46,698 bases of DNA from Frankiaceae bacterium. Lineage in GTDB: Bacteria; Actinomycetota; Actinomycetes; JADGOV01. The first letter of the stretch is position 1. The number at the start of each line of letters is the position of its first letter. The notes below the pieces were generated by a model. It saw only the letters and a program-made list of their open reading frames with translations, had not been told where the DNA came from and did not search any database. The DNA is taken from positions 1-46,698 of the forward strand of contig JBDUDX010000093.1 of assembly GCA_040002735.1 (NCBI GenBank), given 5' to 3'. Below, in pieces: positions 8,868-18,025 of this stretch. The position numbers and the translations under genes are program-made.

Positions 8868-9794
8868 TTACTCGGGTGTAGTGAACAACGGCGTGGAAAG
8901 GTACCGCTCGCCGGTGTCCGGAAGGATGACCACCACCAGCTTCCCGGCGTTCTCCGGCCGGGCCGCGACCACATCGGCCGCATGCAACGCGGCGCCACTG
9001 GACACCCCGGCGAGGATTCCCTCGGTCCGGGCAAGTCGGCGGGCGGTGGCCCGAGCGGTCTCCACGTCGACGCGCTGGATCTCGTCGTAGATGCCGGTGT
9101 CCAGCACGGCCGGGATGAAGCCGGCGCCGATGCCCTGGATGCCGTGCGGCCCCGGCGTGCCACCGGAGAGTACCGGGGACTCGGCCGGCTCGACGGCGAC
9201 CAACTGCACCTCGGGCTTCTTGCCGCGGAGCAGTTCCCCCACGCCGGTGATGGTGCCGCCGGTTCCGATGCCACTGACGAAGATGTCGATGGCGCCGTCG
9301 GTGTCCTCCCATACCTCCTGGGCGGTGGTACGACGATGCACGTCCGGGTTTGCCGGGTTCTCGAACTGCTGCGGCAGGAAGACGTCCGGGCGCTCGGCGA
9401 GTTCGCGCGCCTTGTTGACGGCGCCGGTCATGCCCTCCGCGGCCGGGGTGAGTACCAGGCCGGCGCCGTAGGCCGCGAGCAGGGCTCGGCGCTCCACACT
9501 CATGCTCTCCGGCATCGTGAGCGTCAACCGGTACCCCTTGGCCGCGGCCACCAGGGCGAGGCCGATTCCGGTGTTGCCGCTGGTGGGTTCGACGATCTCC
9601 ATGCCGGGCCGCAGGGCACCGGAGGATTCCGCGTCCTCGATCATCGCGGCGGCGATCCGGTCCTTCACGCTGCCGCCGGGGTTCGCCGACTCCAGCTTGG
9701 CGACGAGGCGCGCCGGCAGGTGCTCGCCGAAGCGGCTCAGTTCGACGAGCGGGGTGTGCCCGATCAGTCCGAGTACGTTGGGGGCGATGTTCAT
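8868..9794 (-). CDS. cysK: Cysteine synthase A (O-acetylserine sulfhydrylase)
   Basis: [26 protein letters not shown] (PLP lysine motif), [36 protein letters not shown]. Confidence 0.9.
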   Translation of the reverse strand: MNIAPNVLGLIGHTPLVELSRFGEHLPARLVAKLESANPGGSVKDRIAAAMIEDAESSGALRPGMEIVEPTSGNTGIGLALVAAAKGYRLTLTMPESMSVERRALLAAYGAGLVLTPAAEGMTGAVNKARELAERPDVFLPQQFENPANPDVHRRTTAQEVWEDTDGAIDIFVSGIGTGGTITGVGELLRGKKPEVQLVAVEPAESPVLSGGTPGPHGIQGIGAGFIPAVLDTGIYDEIQRVDVETARATARRLARTEGILAGVSSGAALHAADVVAARPENAGKLVVVILPDTGERYLSTPLFTTPE

Positions 9795-9806
9795 GGGGCT
9801 CCTTTG

Positions 9807-10358
9807 CTAGATCTGATAATCGAGGGGTTGGCGGCTGTTCAGTCGTCGCCCGCGCATGTGCGACGGCGGGGCACTCACGGTGGTGTCCGGGGGTACGTCG
9901 GCGACGACCAGGGCATGCGCCCCGATCCGACTGGAGCTTCCGATCGTGACCGGGCCGAGGACCGTAGCACCGACCGACAGCGTGACGGAGTCCCCGATGG
10001 TCGGGTGCCGCTTGGCGCCTTTCAGATCGGTCCAGAAGCCACGTGCGCCGAGCGTGACGCCCTGAAAGATGCTGACGTCGTCGCCGATTTCCGTGGTCTC
10101 ACCGATTACCACGCCGGCGCCGTGGTCGATGAAGCAGCGCTGCCCGATCCGCGCGCCGGGGTGGATCTCGATACCGGTGAGCAGCCGTGACGTCTGGGAG
10201 AGCAATCGGGGCAGGAACGGAATGCCGTTTCGGTACATCCGGGAGGCAACCCGGTGCGTCACCAGGGCCCATACGCCCGGATAGAGCACCGCCTCGGCCG
10301 CGCTGATGCCGTGCAGCGCCGGATCACGTTGATATGCGGTACGGAGTTCGGCGAGCAT
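9807..10358 (-). CDS. cysE: Serine O-acetyltransferase
   Basis: Hexapeptide-repeat acyltransferase with CysE features (YPGVWALVTHRVASRMY, GIEIHPGARIGQRCFIDHGAGVVIGETTEIGDDVSIFQGVTLG, RHPTIGDSVTLSVGATVLGPVTIG). It ends 12 nt upstream of cysK. Confidence 0.85.
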   Translation of the reverse strand: MLAELRTAYQRDPALHGISAAEAVLYPGVWALVTHRVASRMYRNGIPFLPRLLSQTSRLLTGIEIHPGARIGQRCFIDHGAGVVIGETTEIGDDVSIFQGVTLGARGFWTDLKGAKRHPTIGDSVTLSVGATVLGPVTIGSSSRIGAHALVVADVPPDTTVSAPPSHMRGRRLNSRQPLDYQI

Positions 10359-10618
10359 GCGAGCCCTCTTTGCAGGTCATCAGGCGGACAGGTCGGCATG
10401 TCAACGCCGGACCTGCCCGAGGCCCTGGAGAGAGTTAGGGGGTAACGGTCAGCTGCCGGCGACAGAGCGCCGACAGCGCTCGTCGTAGACCCGGCGCACG
10501 GAGAACCCGCTCAGCGGCACGGCGTATCCCTGCCGTTGCATCGGCCCGTTCGCCAGCAGCAATCGCACCGGGAAAGTATAGGTGGGCGGTCCCGGTCGAG
10601 CAGCGCCGGGTGGCGGGG

Positions 10619-11707
10619 CTAGGAGTGAGCGTTGAACGACGGCTGGGTCGGAACGGCCGATGGGATCACCGTGGGCTCCGTCGTGACGACATACTGGGCG
10701 CCGCCGGCCCGCTTCGCCATGTACATCGCGGCGTCCGCCGCACTGAGGATGGCGTCCAGCCGCTGGTCGCCTTCGCCGGCGAACGCCACCCCGATGCTGG
10801 CCGAGAGGGGGACGTACCGGCTGTTGGGCAGTCGGAAAGGTGGGTTGAACACTGCGGTGATCCGCGCCGCCACCTTCTCGGCCTTGCTGTTGTCGTCCAA
10901 CTCCTCACACAGCACCACGAATTCATCACCCCCGAGCCGGGCCAGCGTGTCTCCTGGTCGCAGGGCGCCTTTCAGCCGGTCGGCGACCGAGGCCAGTACG
11001 GCGTCACCGGCGTGGTGCCCGTACCGGTCGTTGATCGCCTTGAAGCCGTCGAGGTCGACGAACAGTACCGCCACCCGGCGCCGCGAGCGGCGCGCCTTCG
11101 CCAACGCCTGCTCGAGCCGGTCGTAGAGCAAGACCCGATTTGGCAGGCCGGTCAGCGGATCATGGAGCGCTAGTTGACGTAGCATCTCGACGCGCTCGCG
11201 GGCGGCGGTCCAGGAGCGGGCATTGCTGACATAGGAGGCCGCTACGTCGGCGAGTAACTGCACGGCGGAGACGTCGGACGGTTCCAGGTTCCCCGCGGAC
11301 TGCCGCCACACGTCCAGCGCGCCCAACCGGATGCCGTCGATGGACATGGGAAACGCAAAGACGGCAGCCAACCCGGCGTCCCGGGCGCGCGGCGAGAATT
11401 GTGGAAAGCGGCGATCGCGGCCCAAGTCGGGGAGCAACACCGGTTCGCCGGTTCGATAGGTCTCCAGGCACGGTCCCTCGTCGAACTCGATCTGCAACCC
11501 CTCGATCTGCAGCAGCACGCCATCGGAGGCGGCGGCGAAGTGCAACTCGTGATCCGTATCCATCAGTAGCACCCCGGCGCCGGTCACCGGTACGACCTGA
11601 GGAAGCCGTTGCACGAAATTGTCCAGGATTTCCTGGATCGGAAAATCGTGCGTCAGGGTCCGAGCGAACTCAGTGAGGACCGCCGTGAGCCGCTTTTCAT
11701 CGACCAT
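10619..11707 (-). CDS. GAF-domain diguanylate cyclase (GGDEF)
   Basis: From ATG 11707: a GAF-like N-terminus, then LALHDPLTGLPNR, FVDLDGFKAINDRYGHHAGD, RPGDTLARLGGDEFVV (RxxD I-site 5 residues before an intact GGDEF), SIGVA. Confidence 0.85.
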   Translation of the reverse strand: MVDEKRLTAVLTEFARTLTHDFPIQEILDNFVQRLPQVVPVTGAGVLLMDTDHELHFAAASDGVLLQIEGLQIEFDEGPCLETYRTGEPVLLPDLGRDRRFPQFSPRARDAGLAAVFAFPMSIDGIRLGALDVWRQSAGNLEPSDVSAVQLLADVAASYVSNARSWTAARERVEMLRQLALHDPLTGLPNRVLLYDRLEQALAKARRSRRRVAVLFVDLDGFKAINDRYGHHAGDAVLASVADRLKGALRPGDTLARLGGDEFVVLCEELDDNSKAEKVAARITAVFNPPFRLPNSRYVPLSASIGVAFAGEGDQRLDAILSAADAAMYMAKRAGGAQYVVTTEPTVIPSAVPTQPSFNAHS

Positions 11708-11792
11708 CTCTCCGCTCCGATCCCCGTGCCGCCCGAAAGGCGGAGCGTACCATGTCCGTAACACAGGGTAATCGGCCGATCCAGACCTGCGC

Positions 11793-11936
11793 TTACTCCT
11801 GGTCCGGCAGGTCACCACCACAGACGGAACAGAGGTCGGCATACCGATCCTCGGCGAGCCGACCACAGTCCGGGCACACCCGGGCCAGCCAGCACACCGG
11901 GTCCCCGATCACCTCGCCGGTCTCCTCGGTTCCCAT
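11793..11936 (-). CDS. Small (47 aa) zinc-ribbon-like protein, below the ORF-track length cut-off
   Basis: My own translation: MGTEETGEVIGDPVCWLARVCPDCGRLAEDRYADLCSVCGGDLPDQE, stop TAA. It has two CxxC pairs (CPDC, CSVC) and about 38 of 47 codons end in G/C. No clear Shine-Dalgarno. Confidence 0.45.
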   Translation of the reverse strand: MGTEETGEVIGDPVCWLARVCPDCGRLAEDRYADLCSVCGGDLPDQE

Positions 11937-11989
11937 GGCGAGGAGTATCGCCGCGCGGGGACCGGGACACCAGGTGCTTCGGTCACGAA

Positions 11990-12928
11990 CTAAGAACCGT
12001 CACCCTTCGGCGCCTGCTGGGAAAGGAAATGCTCGAACTGGGCTCCGAGCTCGTCGGCGGTCGGCAGCGACTGATCATTTGCCAGTAGGTTCTCCCGGCC
12101 GGCCATCATGAGGTCGTACTGGCTCTCCAGTCCGCGGACGACCTCGGCCACCTCCGGTGACTGACCAACCTGGCTGTCGATGGCTTCCTGAGTCGTGTGG
12201 GCTTCCTCGGCAAGCCGCTCGGTGGGGAGCTTCAGCGACGTAGCCTCGGATACCGCGTCCAGCAGCCGGACCGCTGCCGCCGGGTAGTCCGTCTGGGACA
12301 GGTAATGCGGCACATGGACGGCCAAGCCCATCGCATCGTGGCCGGTCTGGCCGAGCCGGTATTCCAGCAGATGACCGGCGCTCGCCGGCACCTGCACGGT
12401 GTCCACCCACGCCTGATGCGCGGTCAGCAAGTCCGGTCGGGTCGCGTGCGCGATCACGCCGAGCGGCCGGGTATGCGGCACGGCCATCGGAATGGCGCCG
12501 AGCCCGACGGTGACCCGGACCTCAAACCGGTCGATGAGCAGGCGTACGGCCTCGGCGAAGCGCTCCCACTGCACGTCCGGCTCCATGCCGGCGAGGACGA
12601 GGAAGGGCACCTCGTCGAGGTCGCTCACCGCGTAGATGGCCAGCTGCGGATCGTCGTAGCTCTCCCAATGGTCGCGGGAGAAGACCATGGCCGGACGACG
12701 GGCTCGGTAGTCGAAGAGTTGGTCGACGTCGAATCGAGCCACTACCCGGGCATCCGGCCCGGCGAGCAGCTCCGCAGTCGCGATGCGCTTGGCCCCACCA
12801 GCGTCGATGAAACCGTCCATACCTTCCAGCAGCACCGGCTGCCCCAAAGGGGGCAACGGCGACTCCACCTCAAACAAGTCGCTGGGCTCGAGCACGGTCC
12901 ACCGCCTCCCTTGGTCACGCCGTCGCAT
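11990..12928 (-). CDS. PAC2 (proteasome assembly chaperone 2)-family protein
   Basis: PVLLEGMDGFIDAGGA, FDVDQLFDYRARRP, LAGMEPDVQWERF, GLGAIPMAVPHTRP, and an acidic C-terminal tail are typical of actinobacterial PAC2 proteins. GTG at 12895 is an alternative start. Confidence 0.8.
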   Translation of the reverse strand: MRRRDQGRRWTVLEPSDLFEVESPLPPLGQPVLLEGMDGFIDAGGAKRIATAELLAGPDARVVARFDVDQLFDYRARRPAMVFSRDHWESYDDPQLAIYAVSDLDEVPFLVLAGMEPDVQWERFAEAVRLLIDRFEVRVTVGLGAIPMAVPHTRPLGVIAHATRPDLLTAHQAWVDTVQVPASAGHLLEYRLGQTGHDAMGLAVHVPHYLSQTDYPAAAVRLLDAVSEATSLKLPTERLAEEAHTTQEAIDSQVGQSPEVAEVVRGLESQYDLMMAGRENLLANDQSLPTADELGAQFEHFLSQQAPKGDGS

Positions 12929-12999
12929 TCACCGTATCGGTACGCTTCGACTCTGTTCGGTTCAACAATGCTTGGCTTCCGCGGCTTCCCCGGCACAGC

Positions 13000-13032
13000 A
13001 AAGGGCCAGCCGCAAGCTGGGCGACCGGCCCT
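13000..13032 (-). terminator. Candidate intrinsic terminator after the 13088..13372 gene
   Basis: On the minus strand: GGGCC..CAGC-UUGCG-GCUGGCCC followed by UUUGCU. The stem has an internal bulge, so this is tentative. Confidence 0.3.
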
Positions 13033-13087
13033 GACGGGTGGTTAATCGAAGCGACGCCGTGGCATCGAGTGCCGCGGCTCCGGTGGG

Positions 13088-13372
13088 TCAGTTGCCGATC
13101 GGGCCGCCGGTGAGACCGGTGCCTTCTTCGCCCTGCAGGTTGGGCCCGTCCAGTTGGATCTCATCGGCCTCGGCGCCGGGGATCAGACCGGAGCCGCGGG
13201 ACGAGCCACCTCCACCGTGGTCCGGGGCGGCTGCCGGCGGATTCGCCGACTCCACCTGCTCGAGTGAAGGCGGGGCGGCGGGGGCGGCGGGGGCGGCCGG
13301 CAGGTCAGGAGCCGCCTGCGCGGCCTTACCCGCAAGATCGTCGGTTGCAGCTTCGGGAGCGTCGTATGCCAT
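13088..13372 (-). CDS. Hypothetical acidic Ala/Pro-rich protein (94 aa)
   Basis: Second Met of track ORF 13088..13411 (MAYDAPEAATDDLAGKAAQ...), with GGTGGGAAAG upstream and G/C-rich third positions. I recognise no family. Confidence 0.5.
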   Translation of the reverse strand: MAYDAPEAATDDLAGKAAQAAPDLPAAPAAPAAPPSLEQVESANPPAAAPDHGGGGSSRGSGLIPGAEADEIQLDGPNLQGEEGTGLTGGPIGN

Positions 13373-13427
13373 GGTTGCGGCTTTCCCACCGGCTGAGCCG
13401 GTACACCCCATTTCGGCAGCGCACCGG

Positions 13428-14690
13428 CTAGCGCAGCGAACCGCTGGCCGTGCCGTAGCCGGGTGCCGCCTGCCGGATCTGGCTGACGTACCGGATCACG
13501 ACGGGATCTGCCGGAACCCCGCCGGCGGCCAGGACGGCGCCGGGCCCCGCGTTGTAGGCGGCGAGCATGGTGTCGACCGGATCTCCGGAAACCTGCCCGA
13601 CGATGCGCGCCACCGAGCAGTCGTACGCCGCGGCGCTGGCGATGGCGTCCAGCGGGTCGAACGCCTGTGCCCGCCCGTCACCATCACCGTCGATACCATG
13701 CGCGGCCCAGGTGCCGGGCAGAAACTGGGCGAGCCCCTGGGCACCGGAGGAACTTACCGCCAGCGGGTTCCACCGACTCTCCGTGGCCAGCTGAGCGGCC
13801 AGCAGAGCGGGAGTCAGCATCGGCGGGCACCGCGTGCCGGCGGCGGACACCGCCGCTCGGTAGGCCGTCGGGACGGTTCCGGCCGGCACAAAACGACTGC
13901 CGGTCGAGCCGGCTTGCTGCGCCCAGCGGAACACCGAGGCCGCGGCCGCTCGCACGTCACTGAGCTCGGTGGCTAGCGTCGCGGCTCGCCGGAACTCGGT
14001 GGCCTGCGCGGCGAGCCGGATAGCCGCGGCATGGGCGGCGTCCCGCGCGGCAACCCGCGCAGCCCGCTGCTCGGCGGCCACCCGAGCCGCCCGCTGCGCG
14101 GTCGCCAATTCGGCCGCCAACTTCGTTACCGCGTCGGTGAGCGCGGCGGCACGTTGGCCAGCCTTGACGGCAAGGGTGATCTGCTGGTCGGCGAGGACGG
14201 CGACCGAGGCTGCGAGGTCCGCCGCCTCCCGGGTGGCTGCCTCGGCAGCCCACATGCTCACCGTGTTGCTGCTCGCCACGGCAGTGACCACCTGAGCGCG
14301 ATCAAAGAGGTCTTCCGGTCGGCCGCCGAGCAGCAACTCACCCAACATCGGAAGGTCTCCACCGGAGACATACAGCTCACGGACGTGGTCAGAGTTGGCT
14401 GCCCGCTGCTTCTGCAGCATCGCCAGAGTGTCGGCGAGTTGCTGGGCTGCCACGGTCTGGGCGGCGGAGAGTTGGGCCAGCTCGGCGGAGATGTCGGCCG
14501 CCGCCTGGACGGCTACCGCCTTGGTGTGTCGCAGCCGGTCCAGAGCCGCAGACAACCGCGCCGGATCCGTCGTCCCGGGGGCGGCGCCGGCAACCGGGGT
14601 CAAGGCCGGCAGCCACAACGGGAGCAGCGCGAGGCCGAGAACCAGCGTCCGGGCGGAGAGCCGAGCCCGACGTCGATATGGTCGGCGCAT
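13428..14690 (-). CDS. Secreted lytic transglycosylase (SLT domain) with a long coiled-coil N-terminal region
   Basis: From ATG 14690: signal peptide (MRRPYRRRARLSARTLVLGLALLPLWLPALTPVAGAAP), an Ala/Gln/Leu-rich coiled coil, then the SLT core (LLAAQLATESRWNPLAVSSSGAQGLAQFLPGTW ... AAYNAGPGAV). Confidence 0.75.
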   Translation of the reverse strand: MRRPYRRRARLSARTLVLGLALLPLWLPALTPVAGAAPGTTDPARLSAALDRLRHTKAVAVQAAADISAELAQLSAAQTVAAQQLADTLAMLQKQRAANSDHVRELYVSGGDLPMLGELLLGGRPEDLFDRAQVVTAVASSNTVSMWAAEAATREAADLAASVAVLADQQITLAVKAGQRAAALTDAVTKLAAELATAQRAARVAAEQRAARVAARDAAHAAAIRLAAQATEFRRAATLATELSDVRAAAASVFRWAQQAGSTGSRFVPAGTVPTAYRAAVSAAGTRCPPMLTPALLAAQLATESRWNPLAVSSSGAQGLAQFLPGTWAAHGIDGDGDGRAQAFDPLDAIASAAAYDCSVARIVGQVSGDPVDTMLAAYNAGPGAVLAAGGVPADPVVIRYVSQIRQAAPGYGTASGSLR

Positions 14691-14848
14691 GTGCTGGGCC
14701 TCGACCACGACCCCGTCCGGCTTGAGCCGGCCGTCCCCTCGGAGCGTGGGGCCGGGGTGAAATGCCCGGTTTGGGCTCGACCGGAGTACCGTTTGTTGGT
14801 CGACGCCCTGCCTACGCCGGGCGTTTCCGACGTGACAGGAGCCTGACC

Positions 14849-16336
14849 ATGTCGGTGAGCACATCGAATCCGAGCGGGGCTTCGGCGTCGTACGGGACTG
14901 CCCTGCAGGTGGAACGCAACGGCATCAACGTCATCGCCGAGGCGGAGCGGAAGGGCTCGCCGCGAGACCTGTTCTGGCCCTGGTGCGCGGCGAATATCGC
15001 CGTGCTCGGCGTGAGTTACGGCTCGTTCCTGCTGGACTTCGGTGTCAGCTTCAGTCAAGCCGTGGTCGCTGGCGTGGCGGGCGTACTGCTCTCCTTCCTG
15101 CTGGTGGGCTTCGCCTCCCTCGCCGGCAAGCGCGGGTCCGCCCCGACCATGGTGCTGTCCCGAGCGGCTTTCGGCGTACGCGGAAACTCCCTGCCCGCGG
15201 CGGTCTCCTACCTCGTCCTCATCGGGTGGGAGACGGTGCTGGTCTCACTCGCCACCCTGGCGACCGCGACCGTGTTCCGCGAACTCGGCTGGTCCAGCGG
15301 GAACGCCACGAAAGTGATCGCCTTCGTGGTCGTGATCGCCGTCATCATCGCCGCCGGAATGCTGGGATTCGACGCGATCATGCGGCTCCAGACGATACTC
15401 ACGGTGACGCTCGCCGTACTCACCGTTGGATATGTCCTGCTGACGTTGAAGCATGTGCACTGGCACACCGTCTCGTCGCTGCCGAGCGGCAACGGGGCGG
15501 CGTTTCTCGGTACGTTGATCTTCTCCATGACGGCGTTCGGGTTGGGCTGGGTGAACAGCGGCGCCGACTACTCGCGGTACCTCCCTCGGCGGGCTTCGGC
15601 TGCCGGCGTGGTGGGCTGGACGACGTTCGGCGCCAGCGTCGCGCCGGTACTTCTGCTGGTGTACGGGCTGCTGCTCGCCAGCTCCGACCCCAAGCTGGCG
15701 AAGGCGATCGGCAGTGACCCGATCGGGGCGCTGACCACGCTGCTGCCGACCTGGTACCTGGTGCCGTTCGCGCTGGTCGCGGTCTTCGGCCTGGTGGGCG
15801 GCGCGGTGCTGGACATCTACTCTTCCGGGCTCGCGCTGCTCACCCTGGGTCTACGCGTACCGAGGTGGGCGGCGGCCGGACTCGACGGCGTACTCATGGT
15901 GCTGGGCACGATCTACGTGGTGTGGATCGCGCAGGACTTCATCACCCCCTTCCAGGGCTTCCTGATCACGCTCGGCGTCCCGATCAGCGCCTGGTGCGGG
16001 GTGTTTCTGGCGGATCTCGCGCTGCGCCGCCGCTCCTACGCCGAAGCGGACCTGCACGACGCGGGCGGCCGGTACGGCGCGGGAAACCCGGTCGCCCTGG
16101 CCAGCATGGTGCTCGGCACTTTCCTCGGCTGGGGGTTGGTGGTCAATACCCTCTCCCCGGTCTTCAAGTGGGAGGGCTACCTGATGAACGCGTTTGGGCT
16201 GGGCCCGAAGTCGAACGGCACCTGGACCTACGCCAACGTCGGCGTGCTGGTCGCGCTCGCCGTCGGCTTTCTCGGCCAGTACGCCTTCGGCCAGGGGCGG
16301 GTACGCGCTCAGGAGGCGCTGATCTCCCGAGAGTGA
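14849..16336 (+). CDS. NCS1-family purine-cytosine/nucleobase permease
   Basis: ATG 14849 follows AGGAG. It has 12 TM-like segments and NCS1 motifs (LFWPWCAANIAVLGVSYG, GSAPTMVLSRAAFGVRGN, GADYSRYLP). Confidence 0.8.
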   Translation: MSVSTSNPSGASASYGTALQVERNGINVIAEAERKGSPRDLFWPWCAANIAVLGVSYGSFLLDFGVSFSQAVVAGVAGVLLSFLLVGFASLAGKRGSAPTMVLSRAAFGVRGNSLPAAVSYLVLIGWETVLVSLATLATATVFRELGWSSGNATKVIAFVVVIAVIIAAGMLGFDAIMRLQTILTVTLAVLTVGYVLLTLKHVHWHTVSSLPSGNGAAFLGTLIFSMTAFGLGWVNSGADYSRYLPRRASAAGVVGWTTFGASVAPVLLLVYGLLLASSDPKLAKAIGSDPIGALTTLLPTWYLVPFALVAVFGLVGGAVLDIYSSGLALLTLGLRVPRWAAAGLDGVLMVLGTIYVVWIAQDFITPFQGFLITLGVPISAWCGVFLADLALRRRSYAEADLHDAGGRYGAGNPVALASMVLGTFLGWGLVVNTLSPVFKWEGYLMNAFGLGPKSNGTWTYANVGVLVALAVGFLGQYAFGQGRVRAQEALISRE

Positions 16337-16364
16337 GGTTTGCTAGCAGAATTGATATCCTCCG

Positions 16365-16640
16365 GTGGTGCCCAATGTTCTGATTCGCGATGTCCCCGCC
16401 GATGACCTTGAGTTGATCCGTTCCACCGCGGCGGATCGGGGGGTGTCGCTGCAGAGCTACCTGCTGGAGACAGTCTCAGGACAGGCCGACTACCTGCGCC
16501 GGCGGGAGGCCCTGGCCGCAACGGCGCGGCGTCTTGCGGACAAGCCTGGTGTGCCGGAGAGCGAGCGGTCCGCTGTACTCGGCGCGATCGCCGATGAGCA
16601 AGCTGAGCGGGCACATGAACTCGGCCGCGTCACTTCATGA
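16365..16640 (+). CDS. vapB: VapB-type antitoxin (FitA/ribbon-helix-helix-like N-terminus)
   Basis: NVLIRDVPADDLELIRSTAADRGVSLQSYLLETV is a typical RHH antitoxin N-terminus. Its stop overlaps the start of the PIN gene (ATGA at 16637..16640). Confidence 0.75.
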   Translation: MVPNVLIRDVPADDLELIRSTAADRGVSLQSYLLETVSGQADYLRRREALAATARRLADKPGVPESERSAVLGAIADEQAERAHELGRVTS

Positions 16641-17077
16641 TCGTGGACGCGTCGGTGGTGATCGACGCGGTCGCCGACTCGGGAGCACGGGGCGCTGCCG
16701 CCCGCGGCGCGTTAGCCGCTCAGCCACCCGGTGAGCCACTTCTCGCACCCGGACATTTCGCCGTCGAGGTGTTGTCGGGCCTCCGGGCCGCGGCTCACCG
16801 GCCCGGGCATCCGTTCCAGCCCGACGACGTCGTGGCGGCGCTGCACGACGCCGAGGCCCTGCAGATCCGGATCGAAGGAACGCCGTGGTCCGACGTACAC
16901 CGGGCCCGGTTCCTGGCCGCTGGCTCGCTGCGGTACGCCGACGCGGTCTACCTCGCTGCGGCTGAGCGTCACCGGACCTCCCTGATGACCGCCGACGGGC
17001 GGATCGAACGCGCGGGCGCGCTGGTCCGATGCGAGATCGTCACCGTCATCCCGGAACCGGGAGACCCTGGCGGCTGA
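16637..17077 (+). CDS. vapC: VapC-type PIN-domain ribonuclease toxin
   Basis: MIVDASVVIDAV (PIN Asp4), ...YADAVYLAAAERHRTSLMTADGRI. Size and coupling to the upstream antitoxin also fit. Confidence 0.8.
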   Translation: MIVDASVVIDAVADSGARGAAARGALAAQPPGEPLLAPGHFAVEVLSGLRAAAHRPGHPFQPDDVVAALHDAEALQIRIEGTPWSDVHRARFLAAGSLRYADAVYLAAAERHRTSLMTADGRIERAGALVRCEIVTVIPEPGDPGG

Positions 17078-17083
17078 GCCCGG

Positions 17084-18025
17084 TTACCGGGCCGGAACCG
17101 CAGCCAGTTGGGCAGGGGTCGGACCGGTCGCCGGGCCCCGGCGGGTGACCGAGTACGCCGCCGCTCGGTTCGCATAGGTCACCGCATCGGGCAGGTCCTT
17201 GCCCGTGGCCAACCCGGCGAGCAGCGCCGCGACGTGCACGTCACCGGCGCCGGTGGTATCCACGGCGGTGGCCGGCACCGCGGGAACCAGGTGCGGTGGG
17301 GCGCCGGCGCGGTACAGCATCGCGCCCGCAGCGCCTTGGCGTACCACCACCACCGGCGGCCCGGCCCGCGCCGCGCCGGGCCGGTCTGCTCCCCAGAGCA
17401 GCGCCGCCTCGCGCGCGTCCAGGCTGAGCAGGTCGGTACGCCCGAGAACCGCCGCCCAGCGGGAGCGCGGGATGTCGCCGACGAGCGGACCGGGATCGAC
17501 CACCAGCAGCCGACCGGCGGGCAGCCCGGCCAGGTACTCCCCGAGGACCCGGCCGTTGACCGGATAGCCGAGGTCATACCCGGAGACGTAGACGGCGTCG
17601 CCATCGCGCAGCCGCAGGCCGGCCAGGTCGGCGGCGGTCAACTCCGCCTCGGCTCCGGGTGCGGTGAGAAACGTACGCTCGCCGGCCGGCTCCACCAGTA
17701 CGGCGCAGTAGCCGGTATCCGCCACTGCCGGCTCCGGAAAGGCCAGCTCGATCCCCTCGGCCTCAAGGGCGCTTCGGACCACCGCGCCGAACGGGCCGCC
17801 ACCGATCCGCCCCGCGTACACCGCCGGTAATCCGAGCCGGGCAGCGGCGGACAGTACGTTGAAGCCGCCCCCAGCGGTCGGCGCGCTCGGCCGGGCCACG
17901 ACGTCACCGCCCCGAGGGGGCAGGTGCGGCACCTGCAAGGACAGATCGACCAGGACGCTGCCGAGCAGTACCAGCCGCCTGGGCAGAGGCAGTGCGCCCG
18001 GCCTCGACGTCGCGCTCGAACTCAT
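17084..18025 (-). CDS. PfkB-family carbohydrate/nucleoside kinase (ribokinase-like)
   Basis: From ATG 18025: LVLLGSVLVDL, GGGFNVLSAAARLG, the terminal TTGAGDVHVAALLAGL anion-hole motif, and NRAAAYSVTRRG. The ATG overlaps the upstream stop (ATGA 18022..18025). Confidence 0.8.
   Translation of the reverse strand: MSSSATSRPGALPLPRRLVLLGSVLVDLSLQVPHLPPRGGDVVARPSAPTAGGGFNVLSAAARLGLPAVYAGRIGGGPFGAVVRSALEAEGIELAFPEPAVADTGYCAVLVEPAGERTFLTAPGAEAELTAADLAGLRLRDGDAVYVSGYDLGYPVNGRVLGEYLAGLPAGRLLVVDPGPLVGDIPRSRWAAVLGRTDLLSLDAREAALLWGADRPGAARAGPPVVVVRQGAAGAMLYRAGAPPHLVPAVPATAVDTTGAGDVHVAALLAGLATGKDLPDAVTYANRAAAYSVTRRGPATGPTPAQLAAVPAR

Noticed and set aside
8836-9312. Long N-terminal extensions in track ORFs. 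Examples are 7804..9312, 18022..20070, 17084..18424, 1034..1897, 13428..14864, 41568..42848, 40200..40793 and 30407..31321.
   Set aside because: The extensions run through neighbouring genes on the same strand in another frame and are low-complexity. Internal starts with Shine-Dalgarno sequences or 4-nt stop/start overlaps give proteins of the expected family length.
10376-10404. TTGACA hexamer (minus strand, 10399..10404) upstream of cysE as a promoter.
   Set aside because: The hexamer 16-17 nt downstream (TGATGA/GATGAC) is a poor -10, and the leader would be only ~15 nt. This is not enough evidence to call a promoter.
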